The translations under genes and the position numbers were made by a program. The notes beneath the pieces are model-generated. The model was not told the DNA's origin, ran no database searches, and was given only the letters and a program-made list of their open reading frames with translations. Positions 63,170 to 64,000 of a stretch of DNA of 64,000 nt are shown here, in pieces. Positions within the stretch are counted from its first letter, which is position 1; each line of letters begins with the position of its first letter. The stretch comes from Candidatus Hydrogenedentota bacterium (lineage in GTDB: Bacteria > Hydrogenedentota > Hydrogenedentia > Hydrogenedentales > SLHB01): assembly GCA_963745075.1 (NCBI GenBank), contig CAVUWV010000010.1:320001-384000 (forward strand), given 5' to 3'.

Positions 63170-63427
63170 AGTCGATCCCCATCGCGTTGGACCGCCAGTC
63201 TAAATCGCCGGCCGGGCGGTGTCAACGCCTCCAACGAATCGCGGCGAGACGAATCCTCGCCCGCCGTGTATAATCCTACAGGACTCGCCGCCACGCCAAT
63301 CGACGAGCCAGACGCTTCGGCGTGGTCAACTTCCTTTCTCCAGGAACGGGTTGAATGTCTCTAGGGTTGTCCGTCTCTATCATCGACCGGATCCCATACC
63401 GGCGCGAAGTGACGTGAAGGAGCAGTA

Positions 63428-64000
63428 ATGAATCATAAGCTATCTATTATCACAATCTTAGGGCTATCGTCGGTGTGGGCCTCAGCCCAGGATTACGCAG
63501 ATATGGCGACCGCCCCTCCCATCACGACCAACGCCGCCATGGATAAGGTCTTGAATCCACTCCCGGCGTCCCTTGTCGAAACCTATCTCCAGTTCGTCGG
63601 CACTTCCCACGTCTTCGACACCTACGCCGGCCAGAACGGCCAACTTAAGTCCTTGTCCGACAACCACAAACAATTTCTGGTGGGCAGCGGGTTTTCGGTC
63701 GACATGGACTCCCAAGCCCTTTTCGACCAAGGCGTAAGCGATCCGCCCTACACCGTGTACGAGACCGCGATCACCTCCGTCGACGCCGAGGCCCTTCGGC
63801 TCCTCGTCGACCTATCCCAACTCCAGGACGGCGAAGAGGCCTGGGTCATCGATACGTCCGCGAACCGGGCCTTCGGACCCTATGGCTCGGACGACGCGGT
63901 GGAAGGTGGCCGCTGGCTCCCCACTACCGTCAGCGAATCGGCCGTCCTCATGGTCCGCACTACCGGCGCCACTCTGCCCCAGATTCGCTTGCTAGGCGTC
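63428..64000 (+). CDS. Secreted protein, N-terminal part (resembles a lysyl-endopeptidase-type propeptide); runs off the window
   Basis: AAGGAG RBS, ATG 63428, signal 'MNHKLSIITILGLSSVWASAQ', 'AEALRLLVDL...FGPY...WLP'; absent from the ORF track because there is no stop. Confidence 0.6.
   Translation, partial: MNHKLSIITILGLSSVWASAQDYADMATAPPITTNAAMDKVLNPLPASLVETYLQFVGTSHVFDTYAGQNGQLKSLSDNHKQFLVGSGFSVDMDSQALFDQGVSDPPYTVYETAITSVDAEALRLLVDLSQLQDGEEAWVIDTSANRAFGPYGSDDAVEGGRWLPTTVSESAVLMVRTTGATLPQIRLLGV

Overview
A GC-rich bacterial chromosome window. The gene mix (membrane-fused ECF sigma factors with long repeat tails, a CehA/McbA-type hydrolase, secreted glycoside hydrolases, PAS-rich hybrid kinases) suggests Candidatus Hydrogenedentes or a PVC-like lineage; this is inference only. 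Most of it is housekeeping and sugar catabolism: glycerol-1-phosphate dehydrogenase-like, ClpP, GT9, tRNA-Ser(GGA), xylose isomerase, sugar ABC components, fucose/arabinose isomerase, RsmD, NrdR, ExeA/ExeB, ferredoxin and HD/HDOD proteins. About ten scattered single-base frameshifts probably reflect assembly indels. The main finding is a minimal plesiocin-type graspetide RiPP locus at 53.5-54.6 kb: a 51-aa precursor with an LFIRDL leader and two TTLAxGEE cores, coupled to an ATP-grasp ligase. The second is an IS110 element at 3845-5443, whose GT core, circle-junction promoter, palindromic target and candidate bridge/seek-RNA can be reconstructed from the sequence. It sits beside a REP-flanked Y1 transposase. 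Also noted: a ClpP with Asn at the catalytic Asp position, a 49-bp duplication of the clpP 3' end around a methyltransferase, NrdR boxes before nrdR, TetR operators, and many REP-like and simple-repeat elements, one family of which lies in frame inside coding sequence. No CRISPR array or rRNA was seen.
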